Of a stretch of 64,000 nt of DNA, positions 39,831-53,490 are shown in pieces (position 1 is the first letter of the stretch; each line of letters starts with the position of its first letter). Origin of the DNA: Mobula hypostoma (Eukaryota). A program made the position numbers and the translations under genes. Under the pieces are notes generated by a model that was not told where the DNA came from, did not search any database, and saw only the letters and a program-made list of their open reading frames with translations. The stretch covers positions 49,912,001 to 49,976,000 of the forward strand of contig NC_086097.1 in assembly GCF_963921235.1 (NCBI RefSeq), given 5' to 3'.

Positions 39831-40698
39831 TTCTTTCCCCTGTCTGCCCCTTCCCACCGTCTCTACAGCTTAAGACCAACTTGTTCTCCCTCTTTCCTAC
39901 TTCTGAGGAGCAGTTTCTACTTGAATCATTACCACTTTTCTCCTCCCATGTTACCTGAGATCCTGCATGTTCTGTGTTTATTTCAGATTTCTAGTAGCTG
40001 CAGATCTGGGATGATCAAGCAGAAATCCATGCCAGCTCTCTGTAATTAACTCAGACCTCTCTAAGTGCCTGTTAATTTGTTCCAGATTATTGTTTCTCAG
40101 TCCTTACTCACCTCCAGTTTTAAGTTGACATCTTATAGTTTTCACATGTTCTTGTATGTTTTCTGAAGCAGGTGTGTTTCATATGACATTTTCCAATCAT
40201 ATGGCACTTTCCCTGTATCTAGGAAGAATTGGAAGATTAAGGCATATCTTCCACCGTCTCCATCCCTACTTTTCTAACAAAATTAGGGTGTCACTCATGC
40301 AGGACATACCTCTATATCCCCTGTTCCCGCTAATATTTTGTCCTCAGGAGGCAAAGGTGCGGGAGATCAGGGAATAATTCCTTCCCTCTAAATATATTTC
40401 ACTGTTTTACACCAAGTTCTGCTCTTTGAGACATTTAAAACAAAAAGATTGAAAAGCTTTACAAAAAGCCTTTTAAACAAATTACCTTTTTCAGTAACTT
40501 TTTTTCCAATCAACAAAATTATGTTTATAACAAATTAACAATATCTTTAATTGTGACTTTGAACTAACAGGCAAAAGGATACATACTAGTTTTACCAGTT
40601 GTGGAAATATCAGCTGACTAATTCATGTATCACATGTTGATCTTCATATAATGGAAATTGCCGGTTGTTTAATGTTTGATTTATTTTATTGTTAGCAT

Positions 40699-40711
40699 CT
40701 GCCACCTAGTG
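40699..40711 (-). promoter_or_regulatory. CTCF-like motif about 190 bp upstream of the PLD4 ATG exon
   Basis: Minus strand CACTAGGTGGCAG resembles the CTCF core; motif match only. Confidence 0.35.
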
Positions 40712-40898
40712 TTACAGAAGTGTAGTGTCCTTCCATATGGCCACCTGACAAAACATCAGTGAATAACTTGAGTTGTGATATATCTAATTCTTTACTTATG
40801 ATGACAGCAGTTTACTCTGACCTCAATCATCTTGGAAAGCTGTAAACATAACACAACAGTGCAGTGTCAAAGTATGTGTCCCTTTTATCTCCCCACAG

Positions 40899-40976
40899 AT
40901 GAAGCCTTTCGGAAACCTATATCAACTGCAGCATATGTTGAAAGACAAATGCCACAGGAAAGACATCAACAAATGG
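40899..40976 (+). CDS. PLD4: PLD4 N-terminal cytosolic exon (MKPFGNLYQLQHMLKDKCHRKDINKW)
   Basis: Strong pyrimidine tract plus CAG|ATG, GTAAAT donor, 78 nt phase 0; MKP...YQ resembles the PLD3/4 N-terminus. Confidence 0.7.
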
Positions 40977-41529
40977 GTAAATAACAATGCAAAGTCAAAG
41001 GTGCTCTTAGTCGTGTAAGAGCCTGGCAAATGAAATAATTCAAGAATTAAATATACTTGGCATGTGTTAGTTTGCAAATTATATGACACATCCTTTAGGT
41101 GAAGCTTGTACCTGAGCATCAGAACTACAGAAATTTATTTCACTTGGCATCATCCCCTAGGGATATTTCTTTCTTATTTGCAACAGCAAAATTTGAAGAT
41201 GGTCATTCTATCTTTTATTAACTACTTTGGCTAAAAAAGGATTCAGTAAAATTTTTAAAAACATGCTTTTTTACAGCATCATTCTTCACAAAGCAATTCT
41301 AGAAGGTGTATTAATGTTTTTTGTATAATTGTATATACTTATGTGATATAATTTCTTCAGTCAGCTTAGAACAATGACTAACTTTTGATAGGTTTTATAG
41401 TCATTGGAAAGGGCTGTGATAAGGATGCTGAATCTACGTTTGGGAGCTTGTTTTTTTCTCCATTTAGAGCAGCAAAGGGGAGGAGATAGTGGTTCTTTTT
41501 AATGAGTGTGATTTTCTAAGTGTGTGGCA

Positions 41530-44130
41530 ACTCAGCCAATAAAAGGAAGGTGGGGTACAGCAGAGCGGCCATTGTGGAAGTGGGCGAGTGTAGGAATGGG
41601 AATCTGAGGCTTTGGCTTGAGAGTCTCCAGCAAGGAGGCAAAGTTGAGAAGCAGGTAAGAACAGGTAAAGTTATTTTTATAGTAGTTAATTCAGGGCTTC
41701 CCAACCTTTTTATGCCATGGAGCCTTACCATTAACTGAGGGGTCCGTGGCCCCCAAGCTCGGAACCCCTGAGTAAAATAAAGGGACACCAAATTGCAACC
41801 AATTGAATGACGTAGAGATGCAGGATTAGGTGATGTGTTGCAGCTGCATGATGTGGGAGCTAGTGAACTTCAAATGTGGTTCCTGGTGACCACGTCTGCA
41901 GCAAGTGTTAGTTGCTTGAGGGATTCAGGCTCAAAGCTAGCGGCTTGGAATCCGAGCTTCAAACCCTGCGATGCATCAGAGAGGGGGAGAGCTATCTAGG
42001 CTCTATGTTTCAAGAGGAAGTCACATCTATTTCAGATTTGGTCTGTGCCCAGGTACAAGAGAGTTTGCCTGTAAGTGGGGCAGGTAGAGGGAATCTAAGA
42101 AGTAGTGCTGGAGGAGCCTCAGCCCTTCAGCTTGTCCAATAGGGATGGGTTTCTTGCTTCCTGTGCAGATGGGAATAGAGACTGTAGGAAGGATGAGCAA
42201 CCAAACTGTAGCAACGTCATTCGGTGGGGGGGGGGCGCACATTCAAGAGGGAGGACAAAAGAGAAACGTAATTAGGCATAACATAGTTAGGGGAATAGTC
42301 ACAAGAATCTAGAAATCCAAAGGCTATGTCTCCTGCCTGGTGCCCAGGTTCAGGACATTTCACCTGACCTGCAGAGGAATTTGGAGTGGGAGATGAAAAA
42401 CCTAGTTGGCATGGTCCATGTGGGTACCAATGATGTAGGAAGGCCAGAGGAAGAAGTTCTGCTGAGAGTATTTGAGCAGATAGGGACTAAAATAAAATGA
42501 AATCAAAAAGGTATTAATCTCTGGATTGTTACTTGAGCCATGTACAAACTAGTACATGTTTAATAAGATCAGAGCACTAAATGCATGTCTCAAGGATTGA
42601 TGTGGATGAAGTGGGTTTGAATTGGTGAGAGATTGGCACCAGTACAGGGGAAGAAGGGAGCTGTTCCAATGGGGCAGGCTCTACCTGAGCCTAGCTAGGA
42701 CCAGGGCCATGGCAAATTGCATAACTAAGGCTATGGATAGGGCTTTAAACTAAGTAGTAAAGGTGGTGGGTTCAACAGATTAGAAAAGTATGAATTAAGT
42801 AAAAGGGAAGGAGAGGGCTGGAGTGGTTATGGAAGTCTCCAGAATTTTAAAAAAAAGACAAAAAGATCTGAAAGGAATAAAAATTTACCTTCAGATAACA
42901 TGAAGGCAAAATTGAAAAGGGTGGTAAATACAGGACTGAAGGTGTTACAATATATTTGAATGCACATCGAATGCAAAATAAGGTAGATGAGCATATAGCA
43001 CAGCTAGACATTGACAGGAATGATATTGAGGGCATCACAGCTGGGAGCTACACATCCTATTGCAAAGACAGACAGGTGGGCAGTGGGCTTGAGTGGCTCG
43101 TCTGATTTTTAAAAAATGGGAATTATATACAGGACTTGGAATACTAGCCTGGATGTGGCATACAAGTTACAATGGAAGGGAAGAAATGTGAAAGTGGTCT
43201 TGGGGGATTTCAATATACAGGTAGATTAGGAAAATCAGGCTTTCAGTTTATATATTAACGATTTGGATGACGTGATTGATGGCTTTGTGGCTAAGTTTTG
43301 CAGATGATACAAAGATAGGTGAGAGGCAGAGAGTGTTGGGGAAGCAGAGAGTCTGCAGAAGGACTTGGACAATTTACAAGAATGGGAAAAGAAGTGTTAG
43401 GGATGGAATGTAGTGTAGGGAAGTGTATGGTTATGCATTGTGGTACAAGGGATAAAAGTGTAGACTATTATCTTGGTGGACCAATTTCGAAAACCAGAGG
43501 TGTAAAGGAACTTGGCAGTCCTAGTGCTGGATTCCTGAAAGGTTTATATGCAGATTGAGTCAGTGATAAGAAAGGCAAACATTAGTCCAAAAGGACAAGA
43601 ATATAAAAGCAAGGATGTAATGCTTTATAAGGCATTGGTCAGACCATAATTGGAGTATTGTGAGCAGTTTTGGGTCTCATACCGAAGAAAAGATGTGCTG
43701 GCATTGGAGATGGTCCAGAGGAAGTTTACAAGAATGATCCCAGGAATGAAGAAGTTAATGTATGAGTAGCTTTTAATGGCTCTGGGCCTGTACTCGGTGG
43801 AAGTTAGAAGAATGAAGGGGGTTCTCATTAAAACCTACCAAATACTCAAAGGCATAAATAGAGTGAACGTGGAGAATATGTTTTCAATAGTGGAAGAGTA
43901 TAAGGCCAGAGGGCACAGCCTCAGAATCTAAGGGCATCCCTCTAGAACGAAGAAAAGGAAGAATTTCCTTGACCAGAGGATAGCAAATCTGTGGAGGCCA
44001 AATCATTGGTTATATAGTTCTTGATTAGTAAGGGCATCAAAGGGGAGAAGGTAGAAGAATTCGATTGAGAGGGACAGAGCATACTCAATGGGCCAACTGG
44101 CCTAATTCTGTTTCTATATCTTATGACCTT
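41530..44130 (+). mobile_element. Degenerate CR1 with 5' UTR, ORF1 (zinc finger plus GDSL esterase) and internally deleted ORF2
   Basis: CxxC..CxxC remnants (~41830-41908), IVRG (~42280), VHVGTND (~42414), GDFN then a jump to YINDLDD..ADDTK, LYKALVRP, CR1 tail. Confidence 0.8.
41692..41770. mobile_element. 79 bp hAT-type MITE nested in the CR1
   Basis: TIRs CAGGGCTTCC / GGAACCCCTG; imperfect 8 bp flanks AGTTAATT / AGTAAAAT. Confidence 0.6.
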
Positions 44131-44800
44131 AACTATTTCATGGCAAAAATGTCACAAATATTTCAACCCTATTTTAAATCAGATTTGATTCTTTCCTTTT
44201 AACTTGTCTCTATTTTTCTCACAGATTTCACTATTTTGCCATACAAAATTGGAAGTATATTTGAAATCAGAAACAGAACTGAAAAGGAGGTGAAAGAAGC
44301 TTGTAAAGATGCAGGGAGCGTGAAGGAGAGGGATAATAGGGTAAAACGAATGTTAGCAGTTGAGAGAACATAGACAAAAGATAAGGGAGGAACAAAGTGC
44401 AGAGGAGGAGACATGAGAACTGTGGCATGTCCTTTACAGCGTATCTTCATACAATAGTATTGATTGGACTAAGTGTATCTCATGACAACAGTAATTAGAA
44501 ATGAACTGGTTTGAGAAGGCCTTGCTTCCTCTTTCAGATTCTCTGTAATTTAACTTCTGATATTTTTCTCAAGCTATCTTTTTGTTTGAGAGTTGTAATA
44601 ATACTGATTGTTTGTGCTAAGTGCAGCCAATGTTTTAATTTTATTTCCCAGTAATTAGCTTTGCAATAGTTGATTACTGTTTGCTATGGGGGGTTTTTGC
44701 ACCTGCCTTTAGTAAAATATTTATGATTTTAGAACATAATAAAAATTGGGCAACTGGTTTCATTATTTTACTCAAGTTTGTATTTAGGACTCCTCGGAAG

Positions 44801-45227
44801 ATTAGCACACAATAAAAATACTGGCTATTGTGAAGTGTTTAATCTGATCTGTTCTAAAAATCTCACATTTAATCGAGTCTTCCAGGTACCAGTAAAGTAG
44901 GTGTGCTTTTAATTGGCAGCAGCACCATATTTTAGAATGATAATTCCAATACAGCTGAGGAACTCAAGTTTGTAAATATATTCCTTGAAATGATATTTAT
45001 GACCTGGTATCTGCCGTCTACCAGGTCATAAATATCATTTGAAAGAATGTATTTACAAACTTGAGTTCCTCAGCTGTATTGGAATTATCATTCTAAAATA
45101 TGGTGCTGCTGTTAATTAAAAGCACGCCTATTTTACTGGTACCTGGAAGACTCAATTAAATGTAAGATTTTTAGAACAGACCAGATTAAACATTTCACAA
45201 TAACCAGTATTTTTATTGTGTGCTAAT
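44801..45227. repeat. Long inverted repeat, ~209 bp arms with 9 nt spacer
   Basis: 44801-45009 is the reverse complement of 45019-45227 with roughly a dozen mismatches, mostly transitions. Confidence 0.97.
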
Positions 45228-45232
45228 AAAAA

Positions 45233-45644
45233 TACGTCTGCCGAAACAAATCTTCTACTCCCAGTTTAAAGGTGGCAAACGTAAAAGAGGCGGGCAACAG
45301 AAGAGATTCAAAGACGTCTTCAAAGCCAACATGAAGAAATGTCACATTGACATCAACAATTGGGAAACCAATGCCAAGGACAGGAAACTCTGGCAAGCCA
45401 TCATCCGAGAAGGAACAGCAACTTTCGAAGCCAACAGATGTGCAGAATTAGAAGAAAAGAGAAGAAAATGGAAAGAGAGGCAGCAACAATCAAAGCCCGA
45501 TCTGCCATCTGGAACTACCTGTCCTGAATGTGGAAGAACTTTCAAAGCCAAGATTGGACTCATAAGCCACTTGAGAGCCCATAAGTAGATCAACAGAACG
45601 AAGACCATCATCCTCGACCTCGAGGGATAGCCACGACAATGAAG
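45233..45644 (+). mobile_element. RTE (BovB-like) LINE 3' fragment
   Basis: RLPKQIFYSQ...GKRKRGGQQKRFKD...W...A.DR..W...CPECGRTF...GLISHLRAH (C2H2 finger); short-repeat tail. Confidence 0.9.
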
Positions 45645-46686
45645 ATTTATGACCTGGTCTTGTAATTTCATTCAAAGCTCAAATACCCTATGGTTCTTGG
45701 AAAAGATCACAGAATCAGATCTAATATTCCTTGAGGAAATGGAATGTCTTATTCTGTGAAGAATTGCTTAGTGTTCAAGTTTGCCATTTTACATTTTGAC
45801 CACATAAAGTAAAATATCATAAGTTTGTATTTGTACAGCATTTTTCACAAGCTTACAATAAAATTATTTGCACACTTTAAAGCTAGTTTAAAAAGTAGCT
45901 ATTATGACAATGGAAGGAAATACACTAGAAAATTTGTGATTAGCAAGCTCCAACAATCCAAAATTGCAAACAGGATTTTTTTAAAAATGCCATTGGTTGA
46001 GAGTAGCACATTGGTCAGTTTCCAATTGTCTGTAATAGAAATACCTTCTAGCACATCTGCCTTCGCTCTATATTTTACACCCCTTCGGAATGATGTTATT
46101 ACAGTAAAAACCTTTTAATAAATGGCTCAGAGAATCATGGCCATTCTTCTTCATGCTGATAATTGTTTTCAGTGATACACTTTTTGGAAAACATGAGCAA
46201 ATAGATAACTTTGATTAATAATATCCGTAAATGTTTTGGAAACTAATTTGATATTAAAGTTGATTTATACTGATTTAGTCATCTGTAATTATGATACCTC
46301 TGGTGAGCTCTCTCAAATATCTGCTTCAAAAAAGGATAAACATTAAAAATTGGGAATACTAATTATATCCCATAATAGTTTAGTGTATGAAAATTATGAG
46401 GACAAATTTAGTAATAACTATGATTTTCAATCAACAAATATATTTGTTTGAATTTTCTTTTTGCATTTATTCTCATTCCATCTCACAAATAAACCAACTT
46501 AATGACATTTATAAATATTTGGCTGCAATTATATTTAAATTAGAGATTGACATTAATATTAAGATCAATATTAGAAGGCAAATAAACAAGGGAAAGCACA
46601 AAAAATATGTATTGTGATTTGCTGTTTTTTTGCATAGATCTACTTGATTTTAAAATATACTTCTTTGTGCTCAATTGTATTTTCAG

Positions 46687-46838
46687 GAGCTTGGGTTTGT
46701 TGCCTTCCTGTTGCTTATGATCCTTTGCTTGCTGAACTTTGCAGTTGTCCAAATGGTGTGCAAATCAGCAGAGCTTCCTTCCAATAAAGACAAATATTGG
46801 AAAAATCAGCATACCACAACCTGTGATGATCCTTGCAG
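46687..46838 (+). CDS. PLD4: PLD4 transmembrane exon (ELGFVAFLLLMILCLLNFAVVQMV...TCDDPCR)
   Basis: TTTCAG / GTGAGA; hydrophobic type II anchor and C.DPC motif of PLD3/4; phases 0 to 2. Confidence 0.88.
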
Positions 46839-47761
46839 GTGAGATGCTTATATAACCAATCCTGTCTGACACTTCAATGATCAGTTGTGAATTTAATTTT
46901 ATTACTTATCACTGAAATTCCAGTGATTTAAAAAAAAATTGGGTCAAGTGTTTTTTTTAGATTAAAATACCTCAACTTGTTCCATCAACTCTAATTTCAT
47001 TACTGCTCCTTCCTTGTTGTTTTCCTTATTTATTCAGATATATCCAATTGTCCTTTAAATATTGTTGAAGTGACCACTTTTTCGAGTCCTTTTCCAATTA
47101 GGACACAGTGCAGAAAGGTGTGGCTAATTTTGGAAGTCAGTGAGTCTGAACAGGAACATGCCTCGTCGCATGTTCTCAGAGTCTGCTGAATGACAACTCA
47201 AGACAGGAGAGCTCATATTCTCCCCACTCCATAACTCTTACTCACTACTGTGCCCCATTCTTGTGACATTGTTGTTATGTGACTGTTTGAATTGTACTCC
47301 ACACTCCCTCCCCTCAAGGATCCTGGGAGGAAAATAAACATATTCTTGCCATATTAGGTCACCAAGCAAATCTTCAGCCCATTGTTTAAGTCAGCTGCAG
47401 AGACAAGTATCAGAGAAATTGATCTCTGTGTTCGCCTTTTTTAAACACCCACAAATATTATTTAGTTAACCATGTGAAAATATATATAGTTTTATCATTC
47501 ATTTCTAAATGAGTTATATCTTTTCTAATTCTTTCGAGATTCTACAGTCAATGAAAACAAGTATATACTGTTTATCTTATCATTTTGAAATCTCCAGTAT
47601 ATCTTACCTTGAATGTTCCTGCTGTACTGAAGAAATACTAATTTTTCAAAACTTTTTTATGACATTCACCTGCAGATTTTTCACCTAATATCATCCCAGA
47701 AGCCTGGAATTGCTTTTACTTTTTATGACTCTTTCTCTTTTGAATTTTCAGACTATTGTTT

Positions 47762-48607
47762 CAATGGGGAAAGAATTCAGAGTTCTGAGATGCAACAGGA
47801 CTTGGGAGTCCTCGTACAGGATACCCTTAAGGTTAACCTCCAGGAGGAATTTAAGGTGGGGGTTTACATGGGAGGCAGGGTTTGAGGGTCAGCACAACAT
47901 TGTGGGCTGAAGGGCCTGTACTGTGCTGTACTATTCTATGTTCTATGTTCTATGTTGAGTGGTGGTGAAGAAGGCGAATGCAATGTTGGCATTCATTTCT
48001 AGAGGAATAGAGTATAAGAGCAGGGATGTGATGTTGAGGCTCTATAAGGCACTGGTGAGACCTCACTTGGAGTACTGTGGGCAGTTTTGGTCTCCTTATT
48101 TAAGAAAGGATGTGCTGACGTTGGAGAGGGTACAGAGAAGATTCACTAGAATGATTCAGAGAATGAGAGGTTTAACATATGAGGAACGTTTGTCCGCTCT
48201 TGGACTGTATTCCTTGGAGTTTAGAAGAATGAGGGGAGACCTTATAGAAGCATTTCGGATGTTGAAAGGCATGGACAGCATGGATGTGGCAAAGTTGTTT
48301 CCCATGATGGGGGAGTCTAGTACGAGAGGGCATGACTTAAGGATTGAAGGGTGCCCATTCAGAACAGAAATGCGAAGAATTTTTTTAGTCAGAGGGTGGT
48401 GAACCTATGGAATTTGTTGCCACGGGCAGCAGTGGAGGCCAAGTCATTGGGTGCATTTAAGGCAGAGATTGATAGGTATCTGAGTAGCCAGGGCATCAAA
48501 GGTTATTGTGAGAGGGCAGGGGAGTGGGACTAAATGGGAGAATGGATCAGCTCATGATAAAATATGGGCTGAATGGCTAACTTCTGTTCCTTTGTCTTAT
48601 GGTCTTA
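47762..48607 (+). mobile_element. CR1 3' fragment, same subfamily as 31097-33810, with a nested CR1 tail at ~47843-47954
   Basis: VKKANAMLAFISRGIEY...RMRGDLIE near-identical to the minus-strand copy; insert ends in (TTCTATG)n. Confidence 0.92.
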
Positions 48608-48919
48608 AAAGTTTTCAAATCTGCACCTGCAAATTTTTTTAATATTTCATTATTTCCTGCCTGAAATCATGCAACTTCCTATTGTTTGTATCTGACACAT
48701 ATTTGTCCATGTCACTTAATTATTGTGTGTTCTATTTTTAATCTGTATGAGTTTGCCACACCCAACAATCAGCAGATTTGGAACATTCGTACGTTGGGCG
48801 TCATACACCTGTAAACTTTAAACAAACATCCCAAGTTAGATGAACTTAGTTTCTGACAACATTGGGCTAATACAGAAAAAACAGATCTCTGAAAATCCCT
48901 TAAAGCTACTCTGATTATT

Positions 48920-49400
48920 TCAGAATCAGACTTATTATTACTAACTTATATGATGTGAAATTTGTTCTTCTGTGGGACCAGTACAGTGTAGAGATAAAAT
49001 CTGTACAAATTACAAAAATAAATAAATATTGCAAAGCAAAAAGAGTTTTAAGGTAGTGTTCATGGGTTTGTAGACTGTTCAGATGTCAGACAGTGGAGAG
49101 TAAGAAGCAGTTGCTGAATCATTAAATGTGGATGTTCAGTCTACCTTCTCTCTGACGGTAGTAATGAGAAGATGGTGTGCCCCACATGGGAAGGAGCGTT
49201 AGTGATGGATGTCACCTTCTCAAGGCACCGTGTCGTGAAGATGTCCTCATTGATGGGGAGGGTTGTGCCCATTATGGAGCTGGATGCACCTACAAACCTT
49301 AGCAGCATCTTTAATCCTGTGCATTGGTGCCTCTATAGCAGGCTGTGATGCAACCAGTCTGAATGCTCTCCATCATGCAAGTATAGAAATCTGTCAATTT
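48920..49400 (-). mobile_element. Rex1/Babar-like LINE 3' end, degenerate
   Basis: Reverse complement gives MESIQTGCITACY..; tail cagaatcagac. Confidence 0.65.
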
Positions 49401-50252
49401 CTAAGAAGTCCAAACCATTTAAGGAACATGTAGGCTAGGACCTTATTTATTGATTCATCGGAAACTGAAGGGTAACCTTAGAGGTTTATAAAGTTATGTG
49501 GGCCGTCGACATGGTGCATGCTTACAGTCTTGAACCACAAATCTATAGGACATAGGTTTCCTTGAAGCATCTTGCTTACTATGTCTTAAACTACGATTCC
49601 TCTGCTGTAGTGTAAGGCTTTCTCAACATTCACATCTCTGGGGGCTTAAATGTTATTCTCACCATAAGCAGCGGATCAAAATTTGTCCAGCATTGAAGGT
49701 GCCTAACTCCACTTGTTCGTGCTGTAGATTCCAAATGCCTGTGACTGGCAGACTCACTGACTCCAGTCTCATTTCTGTGCAACATCATAGTGGGTCACAT
49801 TACTGCTAAGCAGTCCTTTGCTGCTTATCGCTGATAGTTGATGTGTTCTCCACATTATCTGTCCTTGATTGGATGTCTACCCTCGTAGATACAGTTGGGT
49901 GGTGATATCTACAATTGGAGAAAACATCAGAGCTCAGATTGGGTGGTTGCTGGGCACTGAAACCACACAGTAGTGTATGCTATAGGGATTGAGGCTTTGT
50001 ATAATGTAGTCTCTGCATATATTTTGTTCATTCACCTTTACTATCTTGCATAACCAATTTCTATTGGTGTTTGAAGATTTGTTTAAGTGGTCAAAGTGAA
50101 ATATAAAAGTAAAATCCATCTTCAGTTACTTTTTCTTGTGCACCATTCAGTGGTGCCTCACTTCCACCTTCCCACTGCTTGGTAACTCCAGTTCTAGATG
50201 ACGCCATTCAATGGCACAGAGAATTAATCTGCAAATCTCATCATTCTTTTAG

Positions 50253-50436
50253 GTTTGTTCTTATTGAGACAGTCCCTGATGGGTTGGTCTATGCTGAAAA
50301 TGCTACAGGATATCAATCAATATACAACTCCTGGATGAACCTGATAAATATGGCAAACAGTAGCCTTGACATTGCCTCTTTCTATTGGACGCTTACTGGG
50401 AGTGATATAAATGTGACTGATCCTACCTCCAAATAT
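50253..50436 (+). CDS. PLD4: PLD4 exon (FVLIETVPDGL...SSLDIASFYWTLTGSDINVTDPTSKY)
   Basis: TTTTAG / GTAAGT; SSLDIASFYWTL motif; TG.DI.V.D resembles PLD4; phases 2 to 0. Confidence 0.95.
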
Positions 50437-51099
50437 GTAAGTAAAACTGTCCGTGTTTTCCTTGTGCTTGACTGTATTCACTGTATGACATTGTGTTTTT
50501 GTGCTTTGGATTCTGGAGCAGTACAGCACAGGAATACACCCTTTGTCCTGATTTCAATTGAAACTAATCCCATTGTCTTGCATGTGGCCTATATCCCTCC
50601 ATTCCCCTGCCAGTTCATGTGCCTGTCTAAATGTCTCTTAAATGTTACAATCATATCTGCTTCCATCATTTCCCCTGGCAATGCAATCTAGATACCTACA
50701 ATTCTATGTTAAAACATTATATCATAAATTTCCTCTAAACTCCACCTGCTACTTTAAAATATGTCCTCTAGTGTTTGACTGTTAAAATGTAATATTATGT
50801 TAAGCTAGCATCAGATTGGCTTTTACTCAAACTCAACATGTCAGAGAAAAATCAGAGATAATGTGAACTCTGACCATAATCTCACAATGATCCTTGGATG
50901 TGTCAATGGCACTAAAGAAATGGAGGACCCTGCTTAAAATGGATTACGAGGAAAAAATAATAAATTACAATACGGGCAATCTTAACTTCAGTGGTGGGGC
51001 AAATGGAGACTATTTTCAGGGAGAAAAATCAATTCAGTTGGGGAAACATGAGTTCATGAAAATCAGCTTGCATGGAGTTGTTAAATTCTAACTTTACTG

Positions 51100-52400
51100 A
51101 GCACTCTGATAAACTAACAGAGGTTATTGCAAGTAGGATCGTAGGTGATATATGGACAAGGACATAGTTAAATTCTCCATCTGGGAAGTAGGGAGATGGA
51201 GCTAGGGAGTTTGGATCATGGGGCAGAAAGGACCAGTGGTGGTCTAGATCTTGAAGTTTGGGAGGGGAGGTTGCAATAGGATGCTGTGAATTTGCAAAGA
51301 TTGAAAGAATCACACTGATGTGAGAAGCAGTTTGAGTGTCTGATTGGTGAAGAATCAGACTGGATGCTGGTTTAGATCAAGCATCTGATCTGCAGTTGGT
51401 TGGGAGGGAAGCGAAAGGATGTGTTAGCTCACGATTGGCTGGGAGGGGTGAGGATCCTGATGGTGGTTGGGTTTGGAAACAATGAGAAAGCGCTTCTATA
51501 ACGGTTGAGTATTATATCAAGCCTACCTATTACTAGTTCCAGAGCTGAGGATCTGATCAGATAGAACACTTTCCATAATGGTGATGCTGTGAGGTCCTGC
51601 TTCTGCATGAAAGGGCTGCAATATCCAGATGAAGGTTTCCAACTGCTGGATAAATCTAGGCTTCTCTATGCCTTAAGCTGTGAACTTCATGAGACCTGCA
51701 GTAAGTTCACAATATTTTTGTGATTAGAGTTGAATCTGAGCATGCAGTGCACAAAATTATTGCACCGTGCAGTCTAATTTCTAGGCCATGGTGTTAAAGG
51801 TGCAAAGATGACTTGGGTATAATCTTGATAAAGGCAGCAAGTGTTTCTTTTTCCTCTCTAATCGAGAAGTGGGTAAAAGATTCCCCATTACAAAGCTGGC
51901 AGAACAATTTGGCCAGGCTGTGGATCGTGGGAGGCAACGGGGAGGCAGCTATCAAAATTTCAGGAGTGGAATGGGTGTAGGGCATCAAGGGGAGAATTAG
52001 GAACCTGAGGAAAGGACATAAACGGCCGAGAGTTGAGGTAAGTAGTATCAAGTGTGAGGACATTGATTGAGTTGCTGGGATTAGAATTTTGGGGTAATGA
52101 GTGTAAAGATGTTAAGAAGCCTTGAGGCCAGGACATTAATAAAAGGACAATGGGTGTCAAGACCAAGCACATTGGAGGGAAATTAATGAGCTGACTGCAT
52201 CAAGTATATTTTGCATCAGGGAATGAGTAGTGAGATGGGTCCATCATGATCAGACCATGGCCTGAGAAACATAAAGTGTTGTGAAGAGCAGTCAGGTTTT
52301 TGAAGAAGGGTCCCAAATGACATCAGCAGCGAGATGAATGTGCAAAATAGGCTGAAAAATTCTAAAGAGAAAAGTTATTAAAGATAACCCATCTGGCAGA
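51100..52400 (-). mobile_element. Very old LINE (L2-like) remnant
   Basis: Purine-rich plus strand with decayed coding-like texture; no clean motif; edges uncertain. Confidence 0.3.
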
Positions 52401-52439
52401 CAATTGATGTCTTAGATTTCTCATGCCTCATTCAAAGCA

Positions 52440-53490
52440 AGGCTGGCTGTAGATGGTTCATATTCTGCATGGAGGTCAGTGACCGGTGGTGTTCGCAGGG
52501 ATCTGTTCTGGGACCCCTCCTCTTTGTGATTTTTATAAATGACCTGGATGAGGAAGTAGAAGGGTGGGTTAGTAAGTTTTCTGATGACACAAAGGTTGGG
52601 GGTGTTGTGGATAGTCTGGAGGGTTGTCAGAGGTTACAGCGAGACATTGATAGGATGCAGAACTGGGCTGAGAAGTGGCAGATGGACTTCAACTCAGATA
52701 AGTGTGAAGTGGTTTACTTTGGTAGGTGCAGTTTGAAGACAGAATATAATATAAATGTTAAGACTCTTGGCAGTGTGGAGGATCTGAGAGATCTTGTGGT
52801 CCATGTTGTTAGGACACGCAAAACTGCTGCGCAGGTTGACAGTGTTGTTAAGAAGGCGTATGGTGTGTTGGTATTCAACAACCATGGGTTTGAGTTCAGG
52901 AACCCTGAGGTAATGTTACAACTGTATAAGACCTTAGTTAGGCCCCACTTGGAATACTGTGTTCAGTTCTGGTCACCTCACTACAGGAAGGATGTGGATA
53001 CTGTAGAGAGAGTGCAGAGGATATTTGCAAGGATGTTGCCTGGATTGGAGGGCATACTTTATGAGAGTAGGTTGAATGTACTTTGCCCTTTCTCCTTCGA
53101 GTGATGGAGGATGAGAAGTGACCTGATAGAGGTGTATAAGACAATGAGGAGCATTGATCACGTGGATAGTCAGGGACTTTTTTCCCAGGGCTGTAATGGT
53201 TAACATGAGGGGGCATATTTTTAAGGTGCTTGGAAATAGGCACTGAGAGGATGTCAGGGGAAGTTTTACACACAATGATTGGTGGGTGTGTGGAATACAC
53301 TGCCGGTGGTGGAAGCGGGTGCAATAGGGTCTTTTAAGAGCCTCTTAGATAGGTCCATGGAGCTCAGGAAAATAAAGGGCGATGTGCTAGGGAAACTCTA
53401 GGCAGTCTCTAGAGTAGGTTACATGGTCGGCACAACATTGTGAGATGAAGGGCCTGTAAGGTGCCATAAGTTTCTATGTTCTATGTTGGT
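52440..53490 (+). mobile_element. CR1 LINE RT 3' fragment
   Basis: QGSVLGPLLFVIFINDLD, KFSDDTK, LYKTLVRPHLEYCVQFWSP; (TTCTATG)n tail. Confidence 0.93.
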
